Origin: the human T2T-CHM13v2.0 reference genome, Homo sapiens
DNA length: 64,000 nt
Reading direction: 5' to 3' (one strand)
Assembly (NCBI RefSeq): GCF_009914755.1
Contig: NC_060927.1
Shown: positions 15,773-31,218 of the stretch, piece after piece
Layout: every line of letters begins with the position of its first letter
Numbering within the stretch: the first letter of the stretch is position 1
Program-made: the position numbers and the translations under genes
The notes under the pieces: generated by a model
The model's database searches: none
Told to the model about the DNA's origin: nothing
Seen by the model: the letters and a program-made list of their open reading frames with translations, nothing else

Positions 15773-15989
15773 GATGAGGCATTTTTAAAAAGCAGATAAA
15801 ATACCAATGTAAAGATTTATTTTTCCAAAAGAGTGGATTAAAAGAAAGACAAGTGCTAACAACTGTTGTTGTCACCTCATGGTTTTTTCAGTTGTCTGTA
15901 TGAGATGGCATCGTTACTGACTCTTGCAATATTTGGAATAATATAAACTAAGTACCACAGTGTAGTTTGAGGCTTGAGTTCTATAAATA

Positions 15990-16411
15990 CCCATTTCATT
16001 AATTTGGGGAGGAGAAATAGATGCGACAAATGGGCCCAACATACATTGGCTCAACAAAATAGAATTTATTTCTCAAGTTCATAAAAATCCTGGGTGGTTT
16101 CATGTGCGGGGGAAGGAGAGAGTCCTCTGATCCACAGTTATTCGGGGATGCAGGCACTGCTGTTTCAGTATGGGCCTTCCCAAATTCTGGACATCACCAT
16201 TCCATTCCTCAGGATGGGGGAAAGAACCCATAGCAGCTTGTGAGAGGACAGTCCTGGCTGTGCTATACCTTATTTCCACTCACACTGGTTAGAAGTCAGT
16301 CCCATTGCGTTTTTTGGCCATGCACAGGGGACTGGGGAATATAGTCCAGCTTAGTGCCCTGGAAAACGGGAGAAAGTGGACCTTAATGGACAGGTAGCAA
16401 TCTCTGCTACT
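15990..16411 (-). mobile_element. Old MLT1 (I/J/K-like) MaLR solo LTR
   Basis: ggctcaacaaaatagaatttatttctc ... ggactggggaatatagtcc ... ggacaggtagcaatctctgctac resemble old MLT1 LTR in reverse; boundaries approximate. Confidence 0.6.
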
Positions 16412-17655
16412 CTCATTCATTTATTTTTTATTCAACATGTTTTGGAACAACCTATTTGTTAGAGACTGTGCTAGGTGCTTGGTTTATCATTTCATTAGCC
16501 CACTGGCCTCCCCGTAGTACTTCAGGGAAACAGCTAATTAATTTGTGTCTCTCATGAGATAAATGAGACTCCAGATCTAACTAAAACACATAGGAAACTT
16601 GACATTTCAAGCTTAGCTCCTTTTTTTTTTTGAAGAAGGATTACAAATAATCTGGTGGTAGCATTATTTTTTTTTCTCCCTTGTGAATCAGCCATAGGAA
16701 GAGGAGAATTTGTGTTGTCATTCTTATTTGTATTCTGTAAGAATGCTTCCCTTTACTACTGGTATTAGAGGAATGTAATACCAATACCAATATCACTATC
16801 AATTAGAGGATTATACCATAGTTTCATAATCTTTTCAATGTAAGGTAGTTTAATCAGTCACCATCCACACTTCAACAATTTTCCTTTTCATTGCCATGTA
16901 GGTTAAATGAAGTCAAATACAATGCTCGTGTCTCTTGTATTGCCCATTCATTGCCTAGCATGTTTACCTATACAATAGGCATATGATAGTCTTTTAAATA
17001 TGGAATAACAACACAAGCAGCATAAAAGATTGAGACAGTTTTCTAATAATCACAACATATATCCCATTTTTTCTTTTATTTCACTTTTCTTTTTTTCTTT
17101 TCCTTTCCTTTTTTTGAATTTCTTTTTCCTGCCTACCTTTTTCCGTTTCCTTTTTTTTTCTTCTGTTTTTAAGCTTTACCCTGCAGATGGTTACCAATAT
17201 GATTAAAATTCTTCAAGAAGCATGCAGATCTGCCTATTATAGAAGGGAAAACTATAAGGTTACAGATTCTGGGTACTGATCCCACTCTGGCCACTAACTT
17301 CTGATAGTACCTTGGATAGATAACTTTATTAATTGAGGTGGTTGACCTCAATATCCTAATGTAAAAGATGAAGATATTGCATCCGGAGTACCACAGGCCT
17401 CTTTTGTCTTTTTTATATAACTGCTATGTTAGTATAAATTGTTATTTATGAGCATTAGATGAGTATTTATAAAATATGTCAGGGATAGGAGATATCATTT
17501 GTTGTTAAAATCTTATTTTTGAAATTAGACTGCAAGAATTTGAATCTGTTGTCATGACTTTTTCAGGCTATTTGATCTTGGGAACATTATATAACCTCTC
17601 AAAGTGACAGTTTCCTCATTTGCTTAAACTACTGTGGGTTATAAGAATATCATCA

Positions 17656-18126
<471 letters not shown>

Positions 18127-18763
18127 TTATGTAAAATTTAGATATTGGCAGCGTATCTCAGCCTCAATGGTAACATTAGGGTTTGCATCTCTGTTGTTAG
18201 TCCAGGAATCTGTTTTTCTCTTTTGATTCTTTAAGTCATTTGGATAAAATATTAAAGAGCACTAAGATCTGATGTTGTAGATTGGAAAGAGGAAATAGTT
18301 GAAGAACATGAAATGTGTCTATTTTACCTTTATATAGCTATGCAGAACAGGTGAGATTTGGTATGAATTTGAATAGTAACGATGCTTACCACTCTTGAAG
18401 GATATTTTGCAAATTTTAATTGGTTTATCTGAACACCACTTTTAGGGGCTAAGTAAATATTCCCACTTTACACTGAGTAGATCTAACAAAATGATCAGTT
18501 TACCCAGGTCATTTACTACATTGACTATTGCCAAATTCAGTATATCCAGATTGGACTTGCTGATCATGCATGCTTAGTGGGTTTCTTTTTTTTTTTTTCC
18601 ATTCTTATCCTATTTTACATAAGAACGAATAACTTATTCTCTCTAGAGTTTGTAGCTTCATTTGCAAAAGGGGATGCCTAAGAGAGGAAAGAGCAAACTA
18701 GGTGTCTTTCTAGCTTCAAAGATTGTTATTTTGTGATTTCTGTATTAGTTGGTTTATAATTGA

Positions 18764-19189
<426 letters not shown>

Positions 19190-19922
19190 TTGTTTTGTTT
19201 TTTCTAGAGAGAAATGGGCCCCAATATTTGCCTTATAATACTTTGTACCTTGTCCTACATTTCCCCCTTAGAACAATGTACAGAACAGTCAACATGACAA
19301 TCAGATCAAGTTTCACCTTCTGCACTTAGGTCTCTTACTTAGCTATCACTAGTCTGGAGGTGTTGGGAACATAACTTAAACTCTTTGAACTATAGTGTTC
19401 TGTAATGTGGCATTAATAAATCTGAAGTCAAAAGATATAAAATATGTAAAAGCGCTTAGGAGAATATCTGGCACATAATGCATGGTAGTTTTTCCCTTCT
19501 AAGTCTGTAGGTTAAGATGAATATTTGAAGACTTTCAAACTGATTTTCTTCCAATTAAAATATTTGTAAATGATGTATAAAAAGTCTCCATTCTTTAACA
19601 AAGGCTGTTAAAGGCTCTGGTACTGTTTTGATTATATAAATTAAAAAATTATGTATTTCTTATAAAATATTGCATATTTTAAAAATGTTTTTAGCTCATT
19701 GAAAATATTCAGAAAACATATATTTTAATATCTTAGCCAAGAATTTGAAATTTTTCTATGAAGGTGCAAGGTTCTAAGACCAAATTGTCTCTGTAGAGCT
19801 GTGTAAAATTAAAAAAATAAAATTTCGAACTGGCAAGAAAATGTATTGTTCTTCCCAAATCTTGAGACAAAGGCACAAACCCTGTTTCATTCACACACAA
19901 AAAATAATTTTGATTTGCTTAG

Positions 19923-20338
<416 letters not shown>

Positions 20339-20662
20339 CTATTGTGATTTGTTAGTCTGAGTTTAGATTACTTACACCAGGAGGCATTTTTTAGCCTAAA
20401 TCTGTAATCAGTTAAACAGGAACACTTTCTAAAAAATTCTAGTTCCTAAAAGGCTTGACTTCTACTTTTATTCTGCTCATTTATGTGACTGGCTATTTGA
20501 GTTTGAATTACTGGTACATTAGGAACGAAAATAAGGAATGCTTCCTTTTGCTTCCAGATTAGACAATATACCCTGTTAGGTATGCCAGTGCTGTGAGTTA
20601 AACTGAGCTGTAAAGTACAGGAAGGGTAGCATTGTCTGACAGAACTGGAAAATGATGGATTA

Positions 20663-21007
<345 letters not shown>

Positions 21008-21249
21008 TTAATATGTCTGACATTAATTTTAAAAGTCCAAGGAGGCAATATATTATGTAGTATTTCCCAGACTTATATGAGCATATAACTTAACTCACAG
21101 AATAATGATAATCTTATCCAATTACCTATCCAGCATGTGAATCCTTTTTATAATACGCTTGCCTTATATTTATCCAACCTCTGTTTAAATATCTACAGTA
21201 ATGAGTAACCATTTATAGTGATGATGATGATGATGAAAGTGAGAATGAT

Positions 21250-21432
21250 AATGGCTAAGTAGTGCTTTCTTCCTTTATACTTTCTATGCACAGTTTTAAC
21301 TGCCTTAATCTTCCCACAACCCTTTGAAGTACGTACTATTTATTTTTTCCATTTCACGGTTGAGAAAATTGAGGCCTGGAGGGATTAGGTAAATTGTCCC
21401 AGGTAACACAGCACAAATGGGTCTGGGTCCTA
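21250..21432 (-). mobile_element. MIR remnant
   Basis: ttaatcttcccacaaccctttgaagtacgtactatt...ccatttcacggttgagaaaattgaggc...aattgtcccaggtaacacagc resembles the MIR core. Confidence 0.7.
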
Positions 21433-21473
21433 GGGAATCTTGTCAAGAATCCATAAATGTAACGACAGCACTA

Positions 21474-21724
21474 TTTTCTCTCTCTCTCCTTCTGCTCCCT
21501 CTCCCTCTCTCCCCCTCTCCCTCTCCGCCACTCTCTCTTCCCCCATTTCCCTTTGCCTCCCTTCCTCTCCCTATCCTTCCCTTTCTTTCCCTCCCTCTCC
21601 TTCTTCTGTCTCTCCCTCTTCTCTCTTCTCCCTCTCCTCTCTTCTCCCTCTCCTCTCCCTTCCCTCTCCCTTTCTTTCCTCTCTTCTCCCTCTGTCTCCC
21701 TCTCCTCTCTCCCTATCTCACTCC
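21474..21724. repeat. Polypyrimidine/polypurine (CT-rich) low-complexity tract
   Basis: About 250 bp almost entirely C/T on the + strand. Confidence 0.95.
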
Positions 21725-21746
21725 ATATATATATAAATTCTGTATA

Positions 21747-21830
21747 CAGTTACTCCTTGACTTGTGTTCTAATAAACCCATTGTAAAGCCACAAAATTAT
21801 AAGTCAAACCATTAAGTTGGAGACCTTCTG
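21747..21830. mobile_element. Short MER47/Tigger5-type DNA transposon remnant
   Basis: TA-cagttactccttgactt...ataaacccattgtaaa...taagtcaaaccattaagttggagaccttctg resembles MER47 terminal inverted repeats. Confidence 0.6.
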
Positions 21831-22638
21831 TGTATGTATATATCACAACCATTTGATACCTATGACTGACTGTAATAACTATAATTAAAAATGTATTCAC
21901 ATCTCTAATTCACCCTTGAAAAAATTATATTCTCTGAAGTTGGCTTTTCTGCTGGGAGAATAAGATTAGGGCCTACTTTATACGGTTGTTGGGTGAATCA
22001 AATAAGCTAATGAATTGAGCTTACAGCATGTAGCCGTGTGCATCATAAGGACTCAGTAACCTTTAATTGCTATCATTATTATTAACATCATTAATATGTT
22101 GTTGTACAGGAACAAGCCTAAACGTAGGCCCTGGTGTACTGATGGACCTGCTTAAGTTCACTACTTCTGAGCACCTGGAGGGCAAATGCTATGAATCCTG
22201 GCTTAAGTTGCTTTAGTCTAGCCGTGGCATGCTTCCACCAAAGTTCTCATCTTACCATCTTACCTCTTCCAAAGTCGCCTAATTACTCGCAGCACATAAA
22301 TCCACCTGTTAGATTAAATTGTGGGGAAAAAGCAAGGGAAACTGCTTAGATTTAATGTTAGAGAATGCCAAGAAGAGACATATTTATTATGCTTATTTTA
22401 ATGGTTTTCTAACACAATAGATTGGGAAATCATGAGTTTGTCAAAAACAAATCTGAAGTCATGGTGAATTGCAAATGCCCAGCTAAATCAGGACTTAAAA
22501 TTACTCCCTTTGTGGAAATCTCTTTTTCTTCTATGACACCTGAATAGGACTCTCACATCTCCCATGCTCTTAGCCCAGCTATTCAGGCAGCTCTCACATG
22601 TAAATTTGTCCCTGGCTCCTACACCAGTAACAACTCAA

Positions 22639-22673
<35 letters not shown>
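22639..22673. repeat. (TG)n microsatellite
   Basis: Directly visible; one CG interruption. Confidence 0.97.
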
Positions 22674-23331
22674 TCATGTTACCTCTACATTATATCCTTG
22701 GTTTCTAAGTAGAAGGACTAATTTTTACCTATCTTTTTTTAACCTATTTTTGCAGATTTTTCTTTTTTGTTAGTGCACTGCCTTAAGCAATATTCTTTTT
22801 TAAAACATTGGTTTCATATAGCCCCTTCTACAGTGGTTGACGTTCAAACTCATTTGGCTTGAAAGTCATTGTTGGTTTTACTGCCTCCATTCAGATCCTC
22901 CTTTTCTCTCTTGCTTCGCCTCTTACTCTTCCTTCCTAACTGGTCTATTCTGGTATTACCCAGAACAAATAAATTACATTGCTGATATCAGAGTGACCTG
23001 TTAAAAGTATAAACATATCATTTTCTACTTTAAACCATAATCCATAACTCATATCAACAAGGTTAATCCCAAACTCTTTTTAAAAATAATCTGTCTACTA
23101 CTCAACTTTCTACTCAGTTTTTTATTTTTTATTTTTATTTCTACACTTTTTATTTCTACAGTAATATCAAATCACTTAAAACTCTCCCAACAAACAATAC
23201 CTGTTTATAGTTTTGTTTATATTACTCTTGTTGCACAGAATAACCTATTAGCATACTTAAGGCAGAGTCTTTGTCCTTTTCTCCACTATTACCTGAGCAA
23301 TATTCCTGGTGTCTTGTTCATAGCAGATGCT

Positions 23332-23775
23332 TGTATTAGTTTCTTAGGACTGCCACAGCAAAGTACCATACACAGGGTGACTTAAAATGACAGAAGTTTA
23401 TTCTCTCACACTTCTAGAGGCCAGAAGTCCAAAATCAGGTGTTGGTAGGGCTGTGCTCCGTCTGTAACCTCTAGGGGAGGGTCGCATCTCTCAGCTTCTG
23501 ATAGCCCCAGTTGTTCTGCAGCTTGTGGGAGCATAACTCCAAGCTCATCTCTCATCCTCCATCTTCACATGCTGCATTCCCTGTATGCCTGTGTGTTCAA
23601 ATTTTTTCCTCTTCTCATAAGGACATAAGTCTTATTGGATATGACCTATCCTAATGAACTCATCTTAACTTGGTTACATTTGCAAAGACCCTGTTTCCAA
23701 ATAAGGTCACATTCACACGTACCAGGGGTTAAGACTTCAACACATCTTTTCAGCGACACAATTCAACCCATAACA
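23332..23775 (-). mobile_element. MLT1C/D-like MaLR solo LTR inserted into an L2 tail
   Basis: tgtattagtttc...acaattcaacccataaca; 5-bp TSD atgct/atgtt; L2 tail resumes after it (caatatttgataaatgaatgaat). Confidence 0.88.
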
Positions 23776-26452
23776 ATGTTCCATCAATATTTGATAAATG
23801 AATGAATACACGCATTCTCACTCAGCAGTCGCTCCCGAGAATCCTTCTTTTTATGTTCAGAAGAGAGGTTATCACCCCACCTTCATTTTATAGGAATTAC
23901 GTCTTACTATACCTTGCACACACTACTTATTAATTTTCATGTCACAGTATATTTGTTCATATATCTATGACATTGGTTAGATTAGGAATTCCTCAAGTAA
24001 GGGCCTATATATTATTTATCTTCATATCTCATTGCCTCACATGGTTCCCAGAAGGGCAAAATGAGTGCTTATTGAACTCAAACATTCTCTGAATTCAAAC
24101 TCTGAATTCAAACATTTGCTTGAATTCTGACTGGATTATTTTCCTTCCCCACCTCAAAATTGCATTGCTGTCTGCTTGACCTTTGTGTGACAGTAGAGTG
24201 GCCAGGTGGTAAAGTTGCAGTATTGAGACATACAACCCATAGTTTTTCTGTCTGGGCCTGTTTTACTGTAATCACTTCAGACAACAAAGAATGCTTTCCC
24301 CATCTGGGGCCAGTTCCCCTAACTAGCAAAATCCTAGAATGCCAATAGCTGGGTTTCTTGGAATTAGTTTAAATCATTGTTTGCAATATGTGTTTACATT
24401 GCATTGAAAATATTTGTTGGAAAAGATGTTTTCATTTTTAGCAGTCATTTTTGGAGACGTTTATGTAAGAGAAGCAAATATCACATGTTTGAAGCTAGAA
24501 AATTTCTAAGGAGATACATGAAAATTGCAAAGCAATTTCTGTTTGTAGCTTTTAGATTTAAAAAGTGATGGCTAAGGGCACATTTTCCTCTTTAGAAACG
24601 AAAGGGAAACATTTCAACGAATTATTAAGTATTACATAAGTCTTTTAAAATTATTTGAGATGAGTTATAACTGAAACATATAAATAGGGTAGTTAGTGAT
24701 AAATTGAGAAATGCAAAAATTTAATTGAGCATTGGAGATAATTATTGCAGATATTTGAGATAAGATGTAGCTGCAACTAAGCGCATTCAATTTAGAGATT
24801 ATAGAAATCATGCATGTGGCAAACCCGTGAACCTCTGTTTCTCTCCATCTGTTGGCTTTGCATCTTTACTTCAGGAAGACTACCTAAAGGGAAGAAATAG
24901 AAGTTAGAGTTTTGAACTTGCTAACCATAAGTCGTGTGACTTCCAGTATCAGTTATAGTCTACTATAGTAATAAATAAATATTCATTTTGTGTGTCATCT
25001 GGAATTACTCAAATTTATAAAACCTATCTGATAGTAAATATACAATAATTTAAATGAATGAAATATTGAAAAATATCTAAAGTTACTTAGATGTGACACA
25101 GTCTATTTTGCTGTATATCTCTTAAAAATGCTTTTGGTAATGCAAGGGTTCTTCACAAAGTATTGTCTTTGTGAAGCAGTTGGCAAATCACTTATTAAAT
25201 ATTTAACCTGATGAGTTAGTTTTATTATTCTTAAGGCAAATCTTTATTAAGAGTAAAAAGAACATTTAAAAAATAAAATAAGTGTACAGCACTTGCTACT
25301 ACTGTGAATTTATTTTTTATCAAAAGAAGTATGATTTTGTATTATTTTGTTTTGACTATGATGTTACATAATAATGGCATCCTCCTTCATTTATGCAGTT
25401 GGCTTTTTTATTGTTTAAGAAATTTGTTTACATTACTATTTGGTTACTTAATACATAGAAGAATATTTAATAATGGAGACATTTGAAAAATATAAAAATT
25501 ATAAGGAATGTAATGATCATAAACCTAAAGATAGCTGGATGAAATTCACTTTGATTTTCATTTCTAAGCTCTTTTCCAAAAAGCCAATTTTCAAAGCAGG
25601 TTTTCTTGTTTTATTTTGCTGTTTTTCCTGCAAGAGTTGAGACACTGGTTTTAAGGGATACACTTCCATTATTCTTCATAATTTCTTATGTTCCACCCAT
25701 TATACGTGAACTATGTGTATCATCAGAAGACAGAAAACAAAGAGCTGGTCTTCCCAAGAATAAAGTGTGAATCAAATTGATTTTAAAATTGCTCTGTGCC
25801 ATGCAAGCTGTGAAGTTCTAGAAGAGTACAGTCAGCGTCTTGGAAAAGCCTGTGTAAAATAATATTTTGGATCCATTGTTTTGGTTTTCACACAGTGACT
25901 TAAGTGTGGCATTATAATTTAAGTGGAAGGCTTTTATTGGAAATTTAGCTTAGTAGAGCTAGATTAACAATATATGAAATTAAAAAATTTATGTTTTGGC
26001 AACAATTTTTGTGTTTTGTCTGCAGAAGGTCCTTCAAGTGGGGAAGTTTCATGCTGAAAGAGCCAATACAAACTATTTCTGATGAGCTGTAGATACATTT
26101 GCTAAAAAATTTTCAGTTATTATTGCTGTAATATGCTAAATACATGTTAAATCTGTTTCTCATAATTTAAATGTTCTGGATACAAAAATGCTTAAGAAGT
26201 AAGTATATCAGAACTGTTTTCTTCTGGGATCAATGCATTGCCATTCTCAGTGGATGAAGAGCTGAGATTTGGGATACCATGTTGCAAATAGAGGAGCCCA
26301 CACTGGCCTCCCTTCCTCTACTCTGGCCACACCTTGCTATTAATTACTCGAGGATAAGCTAAATTATTTCATTCCTTTGCTTTCTCTCAGAATAAAATCC
26401 ACACTCCTTGCTATGGCCTGCATAGTCTTATTTAGAAATCTACCTAACCAAT

Positions 26453-27095
<643 letters not shown>

Positions 27096-27131
27096 TCATT
27101 CCTGCATGTTGTGCCTCCAAAGAATACCCTT

Positions 27132-27251
27132 TTCACCGTGATCTATCTTCACATGGCTGCAGCCTTCTCATTATGTTGTTCTCGGAGAAACCTTCCCCGT
27201 GATGTATCTTCACATGGCTGCAGCCTTCTCATTATGTTGTTCTCGAAGAAA
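27132..27251 (+). repeat. Tandem duplication, 61-bp period, 2 copies
   Basis: ttc(a/c)ccgtgat(c/g)tatcttcacatggctgcagccttctcattatgttgttctcg(g/a)agaaa twice; 3 mismatches in 59 aligned nt. Confidence 0.95.
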
Positions 27252-27519
27252 GGTGTAACTCTTCAGAGAGGCCTTGCTTTCAACTATCTTTCATAAATGA
27301 TCCCAGTTCTACTACTGATCGCCTTATTTTATTTTTCTAATAGCTCTTACCACTACTGCAGTTTATCACTTGTTTGTTCTTTCTGTTCCTCCTTCATTCC
27401 TCTTTCCTTTTTTCTTCCTTTTCTTTCCTTTTACTATGGTCTATCTCCCTTGAGAAAATGAATATTCCATGAGAAAATGGATCTTATCTATCTCCTTCAT
27501 TGATGTATCCCCATTGCCT

Positions 27520-28038
27520 AGAAAGGGAAGAACAGGAACTTTACAGTGAAGAAAAGGAACCTGGCAGATACCAACTGAATCAAGTGATCAAAGGTAGCAT
27601 GACAGTAATGGGACAGATCATTATTATGAGCTTGTTGATAGGTTCCACTAAGAAAAAAAATTTCACGGAAGTATCTAATTATGAGGAAACATCACACAAA
27701 GCTAAACTTTACAAAATAATTGTCCTGTAATATTGAAAATTGTGAAGAACATAAAAGATAAAGCTTGAGGAACTGTTCAAGATTAAATGAGATTAAAGGG
27801 ACATGTCAAGTGTATATGAACTATCTCAGATTTGCTTTGATTTTAAAGGACATTACTGGGACAACTGGAAAAATATGAATAGGGTGTTTACATAATAATA
27901 CTATATACATGTTTATTTTCAGATGACAGTTTTACTGTGGTTATTGAAGAAAATTTCCTTGATTTTAGGAAATATACAATAAATTATTTAGGGTTAAATA
28001 AATGTCATGTCTGAAACTTACTGTCAATGGGTTTAGGA

Positions 28039-28085
<47 letters not shown>

Positions 28086-28215
28086 AGAGGGCATAGAAAT
28101 TATAGAGGAAATGTAGTAAAATGTTAAATTTTGATAATCTTGGGGAATTGAAGCATATAGTAATTATACTATTATTGCAACTTTCTGTAAGTCTGAAATG
28201 ATCATAAAAGTTAAG
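27520..28215 (+). mobile_element. Old L1 (L1MC-like) 3' UTR fragment
   Basis: ctttacagtgaa...cctggcagataccaactgaatcaagtgatcaaagg and attattgcaactttctgtaagtctgaaat are L1MC/ME 3' UTR-like. Confidence 0.7.
28046..28083. repeat. (GT)19 microsatellite
   Basis: Perfect dinucleotide run. Confidence 0.98.
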
Positions 28216-30324
28216 AAGGATGCACCTAGTTAAAGTTTCTATCCATTAATATATAATCAGAGGGCAAAATAGCCACACAGAAGCAGCTTCAAATACTGGT
28301 GTACATTCAATGTGCTTACTAAAACACATGATATAGCATTAATGTTTTACTTGTTTACAAGTTGAATTGATATGAATACCGAAGACTTGTATTTTTCCTG
28401 TTGAAATAATTGTAGGTAAGCTAGTAGAGCTTATGGGTTCCACTTTTAGAATAACATACAGGTTAAATATTTTCTATACAGCTACTGGTTGATTAATAAC
28501 CTCAATAGGATTTTTTTCCCCACCTAACTTCCTTTGACGTAAAACAATGTTTGCAGAATTAAAGCAGTTTTACAAAAGAAATAATGCTGACCATATAACC
28601 GAGACTTCATCAAGCCACTTTAATTTCTAAATAATGATGTTTTATTTGTTTCTTGCACTTGGAAATTTTGCTCAGTGAATTGCCCGACCCAAACCTTCAA
28701 TTGAATGTCTTTTAAATAGTTTGTACTCAAAAATGGCATTTTCTTCTTTCAGAAAATATGTTGTTCTTCAAGTATGTTTTTGAGGTTATAAAATAAGAGA
28801 TGCAAAGCAGAATTCATAATGGTTATTATCTGGCATAAAATTGTAATAACAGGTGTTCCTTGCAGATTCCAAATAGCTGGACTGTAATGGGGAACCAGAT
28901 TTAGTTTGTAATGGGCTCAGTACTGACCTTCCCTGCTGCACTACCTGTGGGCATCTTGTTAACATGATAAAATGGCCAGAATCCGAGAAGCACCTTTGTT
29001 TATGGGGTTGGATACTTGCCATATCTTCAAATATAATAACCAGCATCCAATCAAAAATGACTGAAGCATAAGAGTGAAACAGAGTGCATAATAAGAGTGT
29101 GTTAGAGTCATTTGGTGTGTGCTGATTTTAAACTCATTTGACATCCTGTTCTCTGATTAAATCCACGCAAGCCCCTTTTATGACTATTTTTACAACTGTA
29201 CTATCTCAGCTCTACATGGCTGAGTCATTATCAAACAATATATGAAGCCATGAGAAACCCAGAGAAAGATGGAAAAGCTTTGGTATTATATGAAGAATAC
29301 AATGAAGTAGCTGTCCACAGCAGTAAAGTCACAGATGAAAACCAGATATACCAGTCTAGTTTATTAACTCATGTTCTTCTAACATATCCCCCACACAATA
29401 TGAGTGAATTGAGCCTTGTTTTTTTGTTGGGAAGTATAATAAATAAAGGATGAAACAGACGTGATGTTTATATGTAATGCCAAGTTAGTTAGCTCAAAAT
29501 TTAGATTGAGAAAAAGAACTGACTACAAAAGCTTTGCATTGGAAATTTACATGACGCAGCAAGAATTCTGAGCTCAGAGCTGCTTCTCCCATAAACTTGA
29601 GAATCAAAGACTGCCCTTGATCACAAAAACTTACCGTAGCTAGCTTTTTGATTTTGACCCAGGAAAGCTCATTGAATGCATTCTAATGTCCCATCAGTTT
29701 TGGAAAAGTGGTAGTGAAGCTTCTTCGAATAGGGGCTTCCAGTCTACTCTTTAAATGGGGCAAATATGGACAGCAGCATAAAGCACTGAGGGTGAGTTTT
29801 TATTCAACTCATTTCATTCAATATGTTAGAATTATTGTAGCTGCTTCTTATGCATCTCAGATTAGAACTGAACCATCTCCAAATTGCACCCTGCTAAGCA
29901 GCGCCGAGCCAAGTAAAATGTTGCTACATGACCCCAGATCAGAAATGCTAAATCAGATCCTGCCACACTGTCTCTCAGCCTTCCCAAATCCACTTGGCTA
30001 TCTTCTGTAAGGAAAAGTTAGTGTCAAGAAAGCAAAAACAACTTTCACGTCATCCCCTGTGAGGCTGTCTCTTCAGGAAGTCTATAATCAGCTGTCCTCT
30101 GGTGTAGATTTGGTGATTTTATGTATAAAGTCACTTAGCTTGTTTTCTCCTGGCTTTAGAACCTCCAACATTTCCTTTGCAATCTCTGTTCTCCACCTTC
30201 ATATCCATCAAATTCTGGTCATTAAATGTCTCTGGTTGGCTTCCTACTCATTATGCCTTGTTACCAGATGAAAAATATGCACACAGTCTTCATGTTCAAG
30301 GAGAACCTCTGTAGCCTCTCAATT

Positions 30325-30600
30325 TCTTTTTTTTCATTTTATTCTATTTTAAATTACACATAATTGTATATATGGGGTACAGTGTGATCTTTTGATACAT
30401 GTGTACATTCTGAAGTGATTAAATCAGGATAATTAGCATATCCACCTCCTCAGATATTTATATGCAGTGATAAAATTTTAAGTCCTCTTTTAGCTATCTT
30501 GAAATATACAATGCATTATTATTAACTATCGTCAGCATGTTGTGCAATAGAACACAAAAGCTCATTCCTCTTATTTAACTAAAGCTTTGTACACTTACCT
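30325..30600 (-). mobile_element. L1MA-like 3' end
   Basis: ataattgtatatatggggtacagtgtgatc...aaatcaggataattagcatatcc...gaaatatacaatgcattattattaactat. Confidence 0.75.
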
Positions 30601-30826
30601 GTTTCTAGAACTCTTGACTTACCCATTCTATTAGTTTCCTAGGACTCTTGTAACAAAGTACCACAAACTGGGTGGCTTCAACAATAACAATAGAACACCA
30701 AAACTCATTCCTCCTATTTAACTAAAACTTCGTACGTTTACCTGTTTCTGGAACTCTTGACTTCCCATTATATTAGTTTCTTAGGGCTCTTGTAACAAAG
30801 TACCACAAACTGGGTGGCTTAAACAA
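30545..30826 (+). repeat. Tandem duplication, about 143-bp period, spanning an L1M/MLT1 junction
   Basis: caatagaacac...ccacaaactgggtggctt(c/a)aacaa at 30545 and 30688; about 12 substitutions and 1 indel. Confidence 0.95.
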
Positions 30827-31218
30827 CAGAAATTTATCGTCTTACATTTCTGGATGTTAGAAGGCCAAAATCCAAGTTGGCAGGTTGATTACTTCTGAGA
30901 GCTGTGAGCCACTGTTCCATCCTATTCTTCTACCTTCTTGTGGTTTGCCTGCGATCTTTGGAATTTCCTTGGGTTACAGCTTGTTGCCTTCATTTTCACA
31001 TGGTGTTCTGCCTGAGTGAGTACATGTGTCTGTCTCCGCATTTCCTATTTTTATGAGAATACCAGTCATAATGGATTAGGGCACACCCTAGTGACCGTAT
31101 CTTAATTTAACTAGTTATACCTGTAATGACCCTATTTTTAAATAGGTCACATTCTGAGCTGCTGAAGATTTAGGATTTCATCATTTGAATTATGAGAGAC
31201 ACAATTTAATGCGTGACA
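30769..31218 (-). mobile_element. MLT1C-like MaLR solo LTR
   Basis: tattagtttcttagggct...taacaaagtaccacaaactgggtggcttaaacaacagaaatttat...ggtcacattctgag...gacacaattt; TSD cccat/ctcat. Confidence 0.87.

Noticed and set aside
17063-17186. Very long T/C tract ending in AAG and then CAG as a splice acceptor
   Set aside because: No convincing downstream donor or recognisable peptide; more simply low-complexity sequence beside a MIR.
21417-21815. Leu/Pro/Ser-rich ORFs
   Set aside because: Artefact of the CT-rich tract, which cannot contain stop codons.
28390-28421. tAG|GTAAGC as a second recursive splice site
   Set aside because: Good donor, but the pyrimidine tract is interrupted by gaaataa immediately upstream.
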